A stretch of 64,000 bases of DNA from Asterias amurensis. Taxonomy: Eukaryota. Under the pieces are notes generated by a model. It was not told the DNA's origin and made no database searches. It saw only the letters and a list, made by a program, of their open reading frames with translations. The translations under genes and the position numbers were made by a program. Positions 49,933 to 61,286 of this stretch are shown one piece after another (position 1 is the first letter of the stretch; the number at the start of each line of letters is the position of its first letter). The stretch spans positions 18,109,185-18,173,184 of the forward strand of contig NC_092661.1 in the NCBI RefSeq assembly GCF_032118995.1, read 5' to 3'.

Positions 49933-50401
49933 GTAAGATATCAAATCACCAACTACATCCTAGGACAAATAATTATTATCTTTTGGTACCCTTTAATGGT
50001 CTCCAATTTTAGAAGTGAGAAAAATGAGGCAAAGGGCCAGACTTCAAGATATCCAAGTAGATTTCAAGAAGAAAAAACATTACATTTTTATTTAATTTTC
50101 TTGGTGATGGTTTGAAAAATTGACTTTAGTGCTACTCTAGTGTTAATTTTGCATCCACTGAAGTTGGTTACCTACAAGTTGCCTCATACGACACAGCCCT
50201 TAAGTCAACATATGTAAACTCTAAATGTTGAACCCCCAAATACAAAGTAAAAAGTAGTCAATGATTATTAGTTTTTAGATGATTTTAAGTTTGAAGCCAA
50301 ACAAACTTTGTATTTGATAACATCTGGAAATCAACAATGTTTTACCCAAAGTAGAAATCAATATTCACTAGATCTTAACATGTGTTTAAATTTCAGCAAT
50401 T

Positions 50402-50751
50402 TTAAAGGCACCGGACACATTTGGTAATTGTCAAAGACCAGTATTCTCACTTGGTGCATCCCAACATATGCATAAAAAAACAAACCTGTGAAAATTTTGA
50501 CTCAAATGGTCACCAAAGTTGCAAGAGAATAATGAAAGTAAAAAACCCAACTTTGTGTGCTTTCAAATGCATAATACAAGGCTTTAGCTTATTTGATTGA
50601 GATTAACTCTCTCAAAAAAAAACAAAGTTACTTCAGATAGAGCCGTTTCTCACAATTTTGTATACTATCAACAGCTTCCCTTTGCTCGTCACCAAGTAAG
50701 TTTTGTGCTAACAATTATTTTGAGTAATTAACAGAAGTGTCTAGTGCCTTT
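50402..50751. mobile_element. MITE family A copy (GOGAT intron 23)
   Basis: 'aaaggcaccggacacatttggtaattgtcaaagacc…attaacagaagtgtctagtgcctttaaa'. Confidence 0.65.
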
Positions 50752-51012
50752 AAAAGGAATCTTATATAAGAAGCTTTATCAAAAGTTGTTTTAATTTGTA
50801 TTGTTGCAAGGGAGACCATACTTACAGTATGGAAAAGTTTGCGGTAACACCATGTAATTACTATCTTTAATGAGTTGGGGTGGTTCTGAAAAGAATCGTT
50901 GGCTTCAGCTCGACGTTTCGATCAGTTTGCTCTGATCGTCTGAGACTTACACTGTCTGTATTTACCCCTAAACCATCTTCTATTTCTTTGTTTTAATCGT
51001 GTGTTGTATTAG

Positions 51013-51151
51013 GAGGTTCTGTGAGACTGGTTTACCAGAGAAGTCAATCCAGATTAAGTTGAAAGGTTCTGGGGGTCAGAGTTTCTGTGCGTTTCTCTCC
51101 CATGGTGTCTATGTTGAATTAGAAGGAGATTCTAATGACTATGTTGGCAAG
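51013..51151 (+). CDS. GOGAT exon 24: (K)[46 protein letters not shown]
   Basis: 'gtgttgtattag|GAGGTTC' ... 'GTTGGCAAG|gtaatatac'. It carries the GXGXG-domain 'G.AGQSFGAFL..G…L.GDANDY'. Confidence 0.9.
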
Positions 51152-51779
51152 GTAATATACAAATAATTGTTGTTTTCATCTAAACCTTTTATGAGCAATC
51201 CCCGGAGTGCCTACTTAAATAAGCCACTAGTTGAAAACCGATTCAACACACTTTGATTCCATTCATAAATACCTTTTCGGTCAAAAAACAGCAACACTTT
51301 TCGTCAAAAAGTAAAACAAATGCAAAAATTATAATTCTTCAATGATTTCTTTCAACTCAACACCCCTCCAGCTATGAAAAGGTAAGGCCCTCGGGTAAAC
51401 AACTCCTTATAAGGAGATTGCTGTGCGCGTCGCGCGTATCGCTTAATGTGGCACAACTGTCCCGGCCGTTGCTTTCGACCAATAGAAATGAAGAAACTGT
51501 CTTATAAGCACAGGTGCAAGCTCACGTGTCGCATGTTTCAACATTTGTTACTGGTCATTATCAAAGGTTTAAACACCCCCACGTAACGCGCTCTCCACCA
51601 ATAGGAATAGCAAAACTGTCTTAGGTATTTATGAATGAATAATAATTAATAATAATACTATGATAATAAATAGTAGTGCGCACATATCCACCCTGCTGGG
51701 TTTTTAAGGCGCAGATTTAGTAAGAATAAAACAAATTATAACTAAATCTGCTGCACTTCTGTGATTGAATCCTCTGAAG

Positions 51780-51965
51780 GGTCTATCAGGAGGCACAGTT
51801 ATCGTCTATCCACCCAAAGATTTACCCTCGGACTTCAAAACGGAAGATAACATCATCGTAGGCAATGTGTGTCTGTATGGAGCTACTAGGGGGACGGCTT
51901 ACTTTAGAGGTGTAGCTGCTGAGAGATTCTGTGTACGCAACTCTGGAGCTACTGCTGTGTGTGAA
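51780..51965 (+). CDS. GOGAT exon 25: [62 protein letters not shown]
   Basis: 'cctctgaag|GGTCTA' ... 'GTGTGTGAA|gtaagg'. Next comes GVGNHGCEY, exactly as in GOGAT '[22 protein letters not shown]'. Confidence 0.85.
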
Positions 51966-52048
51966 GTAAGGGACATATCATTACTTCAACCAATTTAATT
52001 CACAATGTTTTTACTTTAACTGTGCTGTAGCCATTTTTATCATGACAT

Positions 52049-52423
52049 TAAAGGCAGTGGAAACTGTTGGTAATTACTCAAAATAATTAGCATAAAACCT
52101 TAACAGGGAGAGGTTGACAGTGTAAAACATTGTGAGAAACAGCTCCCTCTGAAGTGACATTCATGTAGTTATCGAGAAAGAAGTAATTTTCCACGAATTT
52201 GATTTCGAGACCTTAAATTTAGAATTTGAGGTCTCAAAATCAACCATCTAAAAGCACACAGCTTCGTGTGACAAGGGTGCTTTTTTCTTTCGTTATTATA
52301 TTGCAACTTTGACGGCCAATTGAGCTCAAATTTTCACAGGTTTGTTATTTTATGCATATGTTGAGATACACCAAGTGAGAAGGCTGGTCTTTGACAATTA
52401 CCAATAGTGTCCAATGTCTTTAG
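52049..52423. mobile_element. MITE family A copy (GOGAT intron 25)
   Basis: 'aaaggcagtggaaactgttggtaattactc…attaccaatagtgtccaatgtctttag'. Confidence 0.7.
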
Positions 52424-52593
52424 ATGATGACATTTCAGTTGGTAACAACGGTTAACTTGCATCTAAACAAGCATGATTTGTTCAATTGTTCAATTTTATT
52501 TAGCTTTATTAGGTAAAGTTATTGGTTGATTAATAATGAGTAGTTATTGATATGAGTATTTAGTCAGCGTAATTAAATGTATCATTGGTGGTC

Positions 52594-52783
52594 TATTTGG
52601 TATGACACTGCTCTACAATTGCAAAGATCGTGGGTTCAAATCCCACCCGAGTAATATGCCTGTGTTTTTTTGTTTTCACAGAACTCTGGGGAAAGTACTG
52701 AGTATACAGTGCTAACACACATCGGTTTATATGGGTAAAACCAAAATGAATATTTTTATCCCCGATGCAAATTTAACATCTAT
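52594..52783 (+). mobile_element. tRNA-derived SINE (family S1) flanked by a 9-bp direct repeat 'atcattggt', ending ~30 nt before the exon 26 acceptor
   Basis: The head is 'ggtctatttggtatgacactgctctacaattgcaaagatcgtgggttcaaatcccacc' and the tail is '…ccccgatgcaaatttaacatctat'. The direct repeat lies at 52585-52593 and 52783-52791, consistent with a target-site duplication. Confidence 0.7.
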
Positions 52784-52816
52784 CATTGGTTTATTTGTTT
52801 GTTTGTTTATGTGTAG

Positions 52817-52932
52817 GGTGTTGGTAACCATGGTTGTGAATACATGACGGGTGGGCGGGCCATCATTCTTGGACCCACTGGATGTAACTTTGCTGCTGGC
52901 ATGTCTGGAGGTATTGCTTATGTCTTGGATAG
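52817..52932 (+). CDS. GOGAT exon 26: [38 protein letters not shown](R)
   Basis: 'tttatgtgtag|GGTGTT' ... 'TTGGATAG|gtaaattt'. Phase out is 2. Confidence 0.9.
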
Positions 52933-53297
52933 GTAAATTTCAACCGTTTTTAATAATAATAACACAGCATTTGTAAAGGCGTACTTTAATCTGTAGAAAC
53001 TCAAAGGCGCTGGTCAAGATGGAACAAGAGGGAACTCTCAAATGGAAGGGAAAGCAAGTGTGAACAGGCGTGTCTTCAGTTGCTGCTGAAAAGGGAGATG
53101 TTGTGTTTTTCTCCGAGGTTTCCTGGGAGTGAATTCCAGAACCTGTGTGCTATGCTGGGCAAAAAACTGTACAATTTCGAGGCATGCTTGTTTGGATTAT
53201 TATATTCTACTTTAAAACCATATGCATTTCATAAGAAACGGCTCAACGCTTTTCAAAGACCAACTCGACCGATCCAAGGCAATGTGTTCCTTTAAGC

Positions 53298-53483
53298 AGA
53301 ACAGATCAGGGCCCAACTTTATAAAGCCTGTAAGCACAAAAACTTGCTAAGCACAGAAGAGTATTGCTTACCATTCAAAATAACATTTAGTTTACATTGC
53401 TGTGACTGGTGCCCCACTCAATTTTTGCAAAGAAATTTGTAAAGCGGTATTTTCTGCTTACCGACTTTATGAAATTGGGCCCA
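53298..53483. mobile_element. MITE family B copy (GOGAT intron 26)
   Basis: 'cagggcccaactttataaagcctgtaagcac…cgactttatgaaattgggcccag'. It is preceded at 53230..53295 by a family E fragment. Confidence 0.65.
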
Positions 53484-53596
53484 GATATTATGCTAGTTTT
53501 TCTCACACACCTGAAGGTGTTTTGAACACACGGCTAAAAAGCTTTGGTCAAGAAATGCTTCTTTTTTAAAGGGTTTTTTTTTTCCATTTTCTGTAG

Positions 53597-53774
53597 ATCG
53601 GGAAACTTTCCCGTTCTGTGCAACAAGGAATCAGTAACGCTCCGACCTGTCTGCAAGACCATTGATGTTACATTCATTAAGGAGCAACTCAAGAACTTTG
53701 TTGAATTGACGGGGTCTGAGGTTGCCTCAAGAATACTCGCAAACTGGGAGGAAGAAGTGAAATATTTTGTAAAG
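53597..53774 (+). CDS. GOGAT exon 27: (R)SGNFPVLCNKESVTLRPVCKTIDVTFIKEQLKNFVELTGSEVASRILANWEEEVKYFVK
   Basis: 'ttttctgtag|ATCGGG' ... 'TTTGTAAAG|gtaagtttt'. It is in frame with ORF 53544. Confidence 0.85.
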
Positions 53775-54012
53775 GTAAGTTTTCTTCCCTATTTCGGATT
53801 TGGTCTAAGAAATATTTGCAGAGTGTTATGTCAGCTTCAGTAAGACCTGATTGTTTTGCACATTTTTGGAGTGGCTTACATTGTCTTCTATGGAAGGTAG
53901 GGTTTACCATCAGTAATCGCATACTAAAAACTTATTTGTAAGAAGAACTGCAGTTGTCGATAAAGTATAACATTTTGAGAAATGATTCTCTTCTAGAGAT
54001 TGTGTTCTCAGA

Positions 54013-54182
54013 AAAACATCAATCTGGGCCTGATTTCACAAAGCAATAAAGTCCATCATAAGACAAATTTTCAGTATCACTATAGTGATTTGCATTGTGA
54101 TTTCACACTTCACTATGCAACTAAGACTGATTTGTAGTTGTGATCAATTTTAGCTCTTTGTGAAATTGATCCCTGAGATAAG
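54013..54182. mobile_element. MITE family B-like copy (TIR 'gggcctgatttcacaaagc…ctttgtgaaattgatccc')
   Basis: The ends are inverted and match the family B consensus weakly. Confidence 0.45.
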
Positions 54183-54487
54183 TTTTATTTAGGATCAGAT
54201 TTTGTATACCTTTTACGGATTTTACTTGATGTGTGGATGAAACCAGATTTATGTCAATATCTCAAAAATATTACCTTTTGATTTGAAGTTTTCACAGGTA
54301 ACATCTATTAGGTACATATCCACAATTATATACTATGAAAACAATTGAATGGTTGCAAAAACCAATGGTGTACTTTGTATTTATTCATTACCACATCTCT
54401 TAGACTTTGTTTGCGGTATAAAAACTACAGATATTTGAAAAACAAACCATATAAAAAGTGTTACTTTTCTTCAAATGTTGCATTTAG

Positions 54488-54729
54488 GTCTTCCCCAATG
54501 AGTACAGACGGGCCCTGATCAAGATCAAAGAAGAAACCCTTGCCAAGCAGATGGAGTCATCAGACCAAGTGGTTCCCAATGGATTCACCAATCAAACTGA
54601 CCCAATTGAGTTGAATGAAGGGAAACCAACCAATGGGAAGACAGAACCCAAAGTGATTGACATTGAAGATGCTGTACCTGATGCTGAAGTGGATAAAAGG
54701 AACATGGACAAGATTCTGGACAAAACAAG
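54488..54729 (+). CDS. GOGAT exon 28: VFPNEYRRALIKIKEETLAKQMESSDQVVPNGFTNQTDPIELNEGKPTNGKTEPKVIDIEDAVPDAEVDKRNMDKILDKT(R)
   Basis: 'tgcatttag|GTCTTC' ... 'AAAACAAG|gtaggac'. The ORF 54551 frame is kept. Phase out is 2. It includes a species-specific acidic linker. Confidence 0.85.
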
Positions 54730-55265
54730 GTAGGACTTTATCCCCTTCTACTCTTCATGGAATGGGAAAAAATTTAGCAGTTAGTCTATACCAGATGTCG
54801 AAAGAGTTAGGACTAATAACAACGTATGGCTAGTCCTAAGTTAGGACGAGTAACTCATCCTTACTCGAGATAAGACTAGTCTTAACTCTTTGTGAAATCC
54901 ACCCCAGATTTAAAAAAAGGGCTCTACTGAAAGGGTGGCTTCTATGGAATCCTGACAACATCTAAATGGAAATAAAGCAGAACCTGACTGTTTTTGCATG
55001 TAAAGTACTGTTGTCGGCTAGGTTTTCTGTGCTTTTTATAAAATTTTTATTTTCAGGAACACTGAGTAAAAATTAGCCTTCATATCCATCATTTTCGGGA
55101 TCAGCACCCGCAAATTAGGTAAACAAGGTTTGTTATCAACTTTTACTCAAAAATGTCGCTCGAAGTTATTGTTTTTGAAATCCGGTCTAGACTATTGAGT
55201 AAGCAACTACAAACTGACCAGATTTGACAGGATTTAAACCTATTTCCATTAATATTTGTTTTCAG

Positions 55266-55388
55266 GGGATTTGTGAAATACAAGAGGAACAATCAGCAAT
55301 ATCGGAAGGTGTCTGTTCGTATGAAAGACTGGAATGAGATTTATGATCATAAAGGAGTCAGGAAGGAACTTCGCACTCAGGCAGCAAG
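55266..55388 (+). CDS. GOGAT exon 29: (R)GFVKYKRNNQQYRKVSVRMKDWNEIYDHKGVRKELRTQAA(R)
   Basis: 'tttgttttcag|GGGATTT' ... 'GCAGCAAG|gtatataac'. It opens the small-subunit-like module ('RGF.KY.R'). Confidence 0.85.
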
Positions 55389-55602
55389 GTATATAACTCA
55401 CCGTGTATCATTGCTTTAAACATACAAGAGTTTACTAAAGGATTTGCTCTGGTCTTACCTATCTTTCTAACATAACTGTGAGTTCCTTGACAATTACCAA
55501 TAGTGTTCGTTGTCTTTAAGTTCATCCACCCAACAACTTGACCCTTCTGCGGAAAAATTGTTATTCATCAAAGTGTACCACTACATGTATTATCTTTTGT
55601 AG

Positions 55603-55780
55603 GTGTATGGACTGTGGCACCCCCTTCTGCCAGGGGCATACAGGCTGCCCACTTGGTAATATCATCCCATCTTGGAATGACCTCATATTCAAAGGTCAAT
55701 GGAGGGATGCCCTGGAGAGGTTAGAGGTCACCAATAACTTTCCTGAGTTTACTGGAAGGTGTTGCCCTGCACCATGTGAG
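55603..55780 (+). CDS. GOGAT exon 30: (R)[59 protein letters not shown]
   Basis: 'tatcttttgtag|GTGTATG' ... 'CCATGTGAG|gtaggatt'. It carries the Fe-S cluster motifs 'CMDCGTPFC' and 'CPAPCE'. Confidence 0.9.
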
Positions 55781-55805
55781 GTAGGATTACTATCATAACA
55801 TATGT

Positions 55806-56090
55806 AAGATTCTCTGGCGTGTCATGTCCGAGTGGTTAAGAGCACCGGATTAAAGCTCTTTATGTTTTGATCAGCAGAGTGTGGGTTCGAATCTCGGTCA
55901 TGACACAGGCTACGTAAAATTGGGGAGGTAGTGCTTTCTGCTCTGCCGACCAGGCTTGGGACTGTAAAAGGGGTCATCCTCTTTCACTAGGAGTAGGTGG
56001 CAACGGCCTCTGGACAAAATAATTGTAGCCCACACCTTGTGGTGACTTGCATAACAAAAAACTATCAAAGAGGCTTGTAACTAAACATTC
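55806..56090 (+). mobile_element. Second tRNA-derived SINE family (S2), copy immediately downstream of the exon 30 donor
   Basis: 'gtcatgtccgagtggttaagagcaccggattaaagctc…gatcagcagagtgtgggttcgaatctcggtcatgac' has a D-arm 'GAGTGGTTAAG' and a T-arm 'GGTTCGAATC'. A partial copy lies at 58085..58175 ('…gatcagcagagtgtgggttcaagtttcag'). Confidence 0.5.
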
Positions 56091-56454
56091 AATTAAATTT
56101 AAGTCCACATCTTTAGATATGAGTAATACTGTTGGCAGCAACGACAATATGAAGAATAAGGTTTTTCAGCAATTCGGCCACAGCCACTGCCAAAGCTGTC
56201 ATTTCGACTTGGCTTTGCAAATATATGTTTGATAACTTGTATTTTAAAAGAATAAAGCCCAGTTCATACTTTGACAAATTCACAACGAACAATTTGCAAC
56301 AGTTTTACTGTGAAACATCCTGTGAAACATTTGCTTTGAAAACGTTAAAATTCGCTTCGCATTCGCAGGAAGTATAAACTGAGCTTTAATGTCAATTGAA
56401 AGGCTTTCACATTTTTTATTTGTGTTTTATCTTTTTTATATTTCCATATATCAG

Positions 56455-56730
56455 GGAGCCTGCGTCTTGGGTATCAATGCACCTGCAGTAACAATCAAGA
56501 ACATTGAGAATGCCATTATTGACCATGCGTTTGAGCAAGGATGGATGAAGCCTCGTCCACCAGCGTTCCGCACTGGGAAGATAGTTGCTGTGGTTGGGAG
56601 CGGACCAGCTGGCCTTGCAGCAGCAGCTCAGCTTAATAAAGCTGGTCACCTTGTGACAGTGTATGAGAGAAGTGATCGGATTGGTGGATTGTTGATGTAT
56701 GGGATTCCATCAATGAAACTCAGTAAAGCG
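56455..56730 (+). CDS. GOGAT exon 31: [92 protein letters not shown]
   Basis: 'ccatatatcag|GGAGCC' ... 'AGTAAAGCG|gtaagttc'. It matches ORF 56389. It carries the Rossmann motif '[14 protein letters not shown]' and 'GIP..KL'. Confidence 0.9.
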
Positions 56731-57668
56731 GTAAGTTCATCAGATTGAAACACCTGTTTCAGATAGGTGACTAGAGATGCGCCAAACCAACTGCAAAAGT
56801 CAATCTTTTGACTTCAAGCGCTTAGCGGTTGCAGACGTCAAATTTTGTATGGGGGTGTTCATCAGATTGTAACACCCGTTTCAGACGCGCCAAGTAGATT
56901 AGGAGCAACTCTAATATTCCGAACGACTGCGAAAGTCAATCTTTTGACTTTGAGTGCTTTGAATGTTTCATATGTCAAACTTTTCATGTTCTTACGCCTC
57001 AGATTAGTTTTCTAGATAGATGGCGCGCTATAAATGCTCATTAATGATAATAGAATTTGGTTTTGCGCGACTCTGTAACGCCTGTCTGAAATGGGTATAC
57101 AACTTTGATGGTGATAAATATTTGTTTGTATGCTATGATCAATCAGATTACACTCATAAGACCTTCTTGGGTACAAAATGTTTATTTGGATCCAAAGAAA
57201 TTGTTGGTTGAGGTCTTATTATGAGTTTTCCCTTTAACCTACATCTAAGAGACACATTCAGTCTGTGAAGTGTCTTTCGCAACTCTGGTTTTAATATTAC
57301 AGTATTATGGAGTTCTAAACATGATAATCAGGAAAACTGTTTATTGGAATTGTGTGTGTAGCAACTTGCTAAATGCGCTTGCCTTTTCAGAAAGAAAGAC
57401 CACTTGTACTTATTGAACTGAAGTTTAAATAAAGGAGAACAAATTCCTTGTTTCTCTTCAGATAAAATGTATCAAACTCGCTGATCTACTTATTTAGCAT
57501 ACTGTTCCTGCTCCTTTAAAAATTTACAACTCAAGGGGGTTATTGAAAATTTAAAATGCCATTACTTCAAAGTACCTTCTAAGATCTGGATTCCAGGTTA
57601 CGACTTGCTTTTCTAGCAGTGACTCGTATCCCTATTAAAGGTTCACAAATGTCTGTTTGATGCATCAG

Positions 57669-57828
57669 GTTGTACAGCGTCGTGTTGATCTAATGCGTGA
57701 TGAAGGTGTCGTGTTTGTCACTAATGCAAATGTGGGGGACACAGTTAGCCCAAAACAGCTACTGGAAAATCATGATGCGTTGCTGCTCTGTACGGGATCA
57801 ACGCGTCCTAGAGATCTACCCATCAAAG
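57669..57828 (+). CDS. GOGAT exon 32: VVQRRVDLMRDEGVVFVTNANVGDTVSPKQLLENHDALLLCTGSTRPRDLPIK(G)
   Basis: 'gatgcatcag|GTTGTA' ... 'ATCAAAG|gtaataac'. Phase out is 1. Confidence 0.85.
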
Positions 57829-58421
57829 GTAATAACATTTTCAAAATAATGGGCCATAAAAGATATATCTTTAGCACTTTGTTTTTATTAATTAAAGTTT
57901 ACTGTATTGTTGAGTGATGGCTTTTTCAGATTTGTTGTTGGAGGTTGGCAAACATTTGGGAATCAAAGACGATCTTGGTCTGCCTCACAATTCTTTCTTG
58001 AACAGAAAATAAATGGGATTCTAAAAAAGTGAAAAGATCCTGGCAATGTTTTCTGTAATTTTAAGACCTACATGTTTCAGAAGTTCTTACTGTCATTGGG
58101 GAGTCGAACTCAAGCTCTGGTGTTTCTGATCAGCAGAGTGTGGGTTCAAGTTTCAGTTTTGGCATTTGTGTTTGTTTGCGGCTTGCTAGACAAATAAAGA
58201 ACACAGTTAGATTTATCCTAAATAGAGACATGGTTTGTTCCTATGTTTCTTGCATGGATGGCAGCAGAATGCACCACAACACCTTGTAAATTCCTTTGAG
58301 GTGCTACATAAATGTACATGTAGGTGTCATAATACACAATCTTAGCCAACACTGCCATAAACATTTCTCCACCTCAGAATATTGGCACATCATAAATGTT
58401 TCTTGTTGTCATTTTGATCAG

Positions 58422-58585
58422 GTCGCAATCTTGATGGAATCCACTTTGCCATGGATTTCTTAGGGGCATGGCAGAAGCGTCAGATGGGCAACGATAATGT
58501 CTTCTTAGATGCCAAAGACAAGGATATTATCATCATAGGGGGAGGTGACACTGGCGTTGACTGCATAGGAACCTCACTGCGTATG
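58422..58585 (+). CDS. GOGAT exon 33: (G)RNLDGIHFAMDFLGAWQKRQMGNDNVFLDAKDKDIIIIGGGDTGVDCIGTSLRM
   Basis: 'attttgatcag|GTCGCA' ... 'CTGCGTATG|gtaagctac'. It carries the second dinucleotide-binding motif 'IGGGDTG.DCIGTS'. Confidence 0.85.
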
Positions 58586-59333
58586 GTAAGCTACCCTCAA
58601 AGGTTTAGTACCGAATTAGTTTCATCGTCAAGTCGTTTTGCTATGTGTGCACACCAAAATGTGGATTTCCACTTGGATTGCTTTTAATTCTGTGAGATGA
58701 CGATCAAATTAAAATAAGTAACTATTCAAAAACAGTTTCAACAAAAAATGAACATACAATTTTAAATCTTCACAAGTCCCTTGGTTATTTTGTTCATTGG
58801 AACATGATTATTGGAATGAATTCATTTCTCCCAAAACTATGCTTAAATGTACATATACTTTTTGATAAAGAGGTTCTTTTTTTTAATTTGGTATACATGT
58901 ATTTCTTTCAAAACAAGTCTTTTAAAGCCATTGGTGACTTTCGGTAAACAGTATTTTCCAAAGGCCCACACTACGTGTATCACAACTTATATATAAAATA
59001 ACAAACCTGTGAAAAAAAGGCTCAATCGGTCATCGGAGTAGGGAGAAAATAATGGGAAAACCCACCCTTGTTTACACACGTTTCTCCGTGTCATGACATG
59101 TGTTTAAAATAAATCCGTAATTCTCGATATCGAGAATTGATAATTGTTTAATGTTTTCTCAAAAAGTAAAGCGTTTCATGGAATAATATTTCAAGAGAGG
59201 TCTTTCACCATTACCTGCTGTAAACCCTGTAGGTTATTTGTAAATCTGTGATTTATTATTTTTTTTACTGTTCCGAAAGTGTCCAATGGCTTTAAGTCAA
59301 CATTTATTTTGATGTGCATATTTCTGTCCTCAG

Positions 59334-59501
59334 AATGCAAGAAGTATAACTACTTTTGAGATACTCTCCGAGCCACCGCCCACAAGGGCCAAGAGCAACC
59401 CTTGGCCAACATGGCCTCGTGTTCTGAGGTTTGATTATGGTCATGATGAGGTGAAGCTCAAACACGGACATGACCCAAGGAACTTTGATATTCTTAGTGA
59501 G
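59334..59501 (+). CDS. GOGAT exon 34: NARSITTFEILSEPPPTRAKSNPWPTWPRVLRFDYGHDEVKLKHGHDPRNFDILSE
   Basis: 'tttctgtcctcag|AATGCA' ... 'CTTAGTGAG|gtaagaaag'. It carries 'NPWP.WPR.FR.DYGH.EV'. Its junction with exon 33 gives 'RM|NA' where many homologues have 'RHGA', so it is slightly less certain. Confidence 0.75.
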
Positions 59502-59622
59502 GTAAGAAAGTTTTTCACTTTCAAAACTGTTATCAGTTATCATGGCCAGAGTGGTTGCAAACGCAAAATAGTTTAACCTCCAGAAATCAAGGTGAATGTA
59601 GGAACTTTGTCTTACTTCATAT

Positions 59623-59900
59623 AAAGGCAATAGACACTTAAAATTACTCATAATAATTGTTAGCATTAAAACTTACGTGGTAACGCACAATGGAGAGCTG
59701 TTGATTGTACAAAACATTGTGAGAAACGGCTCCCTCTGAAGTAACTTAGTTTTTGAGAAAGGTAATAATCTCACTCAAATAATAAAAGACTTCAGCTGAA
59801 GCCTTTTATTATGCATCTGAAAGCACACAAAGTAATGCAACGAAGGAATTTTTTCTTTCATTATTCTCTTGCAAGTTTGATGACCAAATTTGCTTCTCCT
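59623..59900. mobile_element. MITE family A copy, truncated (GOGAT intron 34)
   Basis: 'aaaggcaatagacacttaaaattactcataataattgttagcat…' lacks the right terminal inverted repeat. Confidence 0.55.
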
Positions 59901-60161
59901 CATTGAACCCAAGTCTCGACACTCATGGGGTGACAGGTCTTTTTCTGTAGCCGCGCCACGCATCTGGAACTCTCTACCACTTAATCTTCAATCTTGTCTT
60001 TGTACCGCAAAATTCAAGTCTCTTCTCAAAACTTATCTTATGTCACAGGTTTTCAATGACTAATTTTGTTGTGTCTGTTTTTCTTTGTGTTGTGTTTTTG
60101 TTTTGTTTTGTTTTGGTTTACTGCGCCTTGAACACCCAGCAGGGTGGATATGTGCGCATTA

Positions 60162-60167
60162 CAAGTC

Positions 60168-60234
<67 letters not shown>
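60162..60234. repeat. (ATT)n microsatellite, ~25 units
   Basis: 'ttattattattatt…' is a perfect array, which yields the poly-Ile ORF 60056..60274. Confidence 0.95.
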
Positions 60235-60238
<4 letters not shown>

Positions 60239-60341
60239 TACGAAGCGTGTCCTGTGCCTTTAAAGAAGCTATGACATAGATAAGCTCTTGTTGTTTTTAA
60301 GTCCAATGAAACTCACTGATTTCACTTTCCATGTTGTGTAG

Positions 60342-60612
60342 GAATTTCTTGATGATGGCAATGGTAATGTCTCTGGCATCCGTACCTGCCAAGTGGAATG
60401 GAAACGTGACTCAACTGGCCGCTATTCCATGGAGAAGATTCCAGGCTCAGAAAAGACATTTAAAGCAGACTTGGTTTTCTTAGCCATGGGTTTCCTTGGA
60501 CCTGAAGACAGGATCGTCACTCAGCTTGGTCTGGATCAGGACCCAAGAGCCAATATTGCATCACAACCTGGCAAATATAGGACCAGTAGCCCACGGATTT
60601 ATACAGCTGGAG
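60342..60612 (+). CDS. GOGAT exon 35: EFLDDGNGNVSGIRTCQVEWKRDSTGRYSMEKIPGSEKTFKADLVFLAMGFLGPEDRIVTQLGLDQDPRANIASQPGKYRTSSPRIYTAG(D)
   Basis: 'atgttgtgtag|GAATTT' ... 'GCTGGAG|gtaagattg'. It matches ORF 60393. It carries 'ADLV.LAMGF.GPE'. Phase out is 1. Confidence 0.85.
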
Positions 60613-60652
60613 GTAAGATTGATTTTATGTTATTGAAGCTACCCTTTTCTCT

Positions 60653-61037
60653 TTAAAGGCAGTGGACACTATTGGTAATTACTCAAAATAATTATTAGCA
60701 TAAAACCTTACTTGGTAACGAGTAATGGGGAGAGGTTGGTAGTATAAAACATTGTGAGAAACGGCTCCCTTTGAAGTGGCGTAGTTTTCGAGAAAGAAGT
60801 AATTTTCCACGAATTTGATTTCGAGACCTCAGATTTAGAACTTGAGGTCTTGAAATCAAGCATCTGAAAGCACACAACTCCTTGTGACAAGGGTGTTTTT
60901 TCTTTCATTGTTGTCTCGCAACTTCGACGACCGATTGAGCTCAAATTTTCACAAGTTTGTTATTGTAAGCATATGTTGAGGTACACCAAGTGAGAAGACT
61001 GGTCTTTGACAATTACCAATAGTCTCCAGTGTTTTTA
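60653..61037. mobile_element. MITE family A copy (GOGAT intron 35)
   Basis: 'aaaggcagtggacactattggtaattactc…attaccaatagtctccagtgtttttaaag'. It carries the spurious ORFs 60695..60877 and 60708..60944. Confidence 0.75.
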
Positions 61038-61286
61038 AAGCATGCAAAGGTAAAACAATGAAAGCTAAATGTTTTTATGTTATTTATTTCTAATTAGAGG
61101 ACAAATACTATGGACAAAGTTGCCATTATGCTCTTTTAACAAAAAACTATGAATAACAAAATATATTTTTGTACATTTCTGTAAGTTCAAAAAATTGATA
61201 GAGTCAGGAATAAAAGTGTTGCTATAAGGAGGTTATAATTTTATGAACAAATTCATATATATTTTTTTTCCTCATCCATTTGTCAG

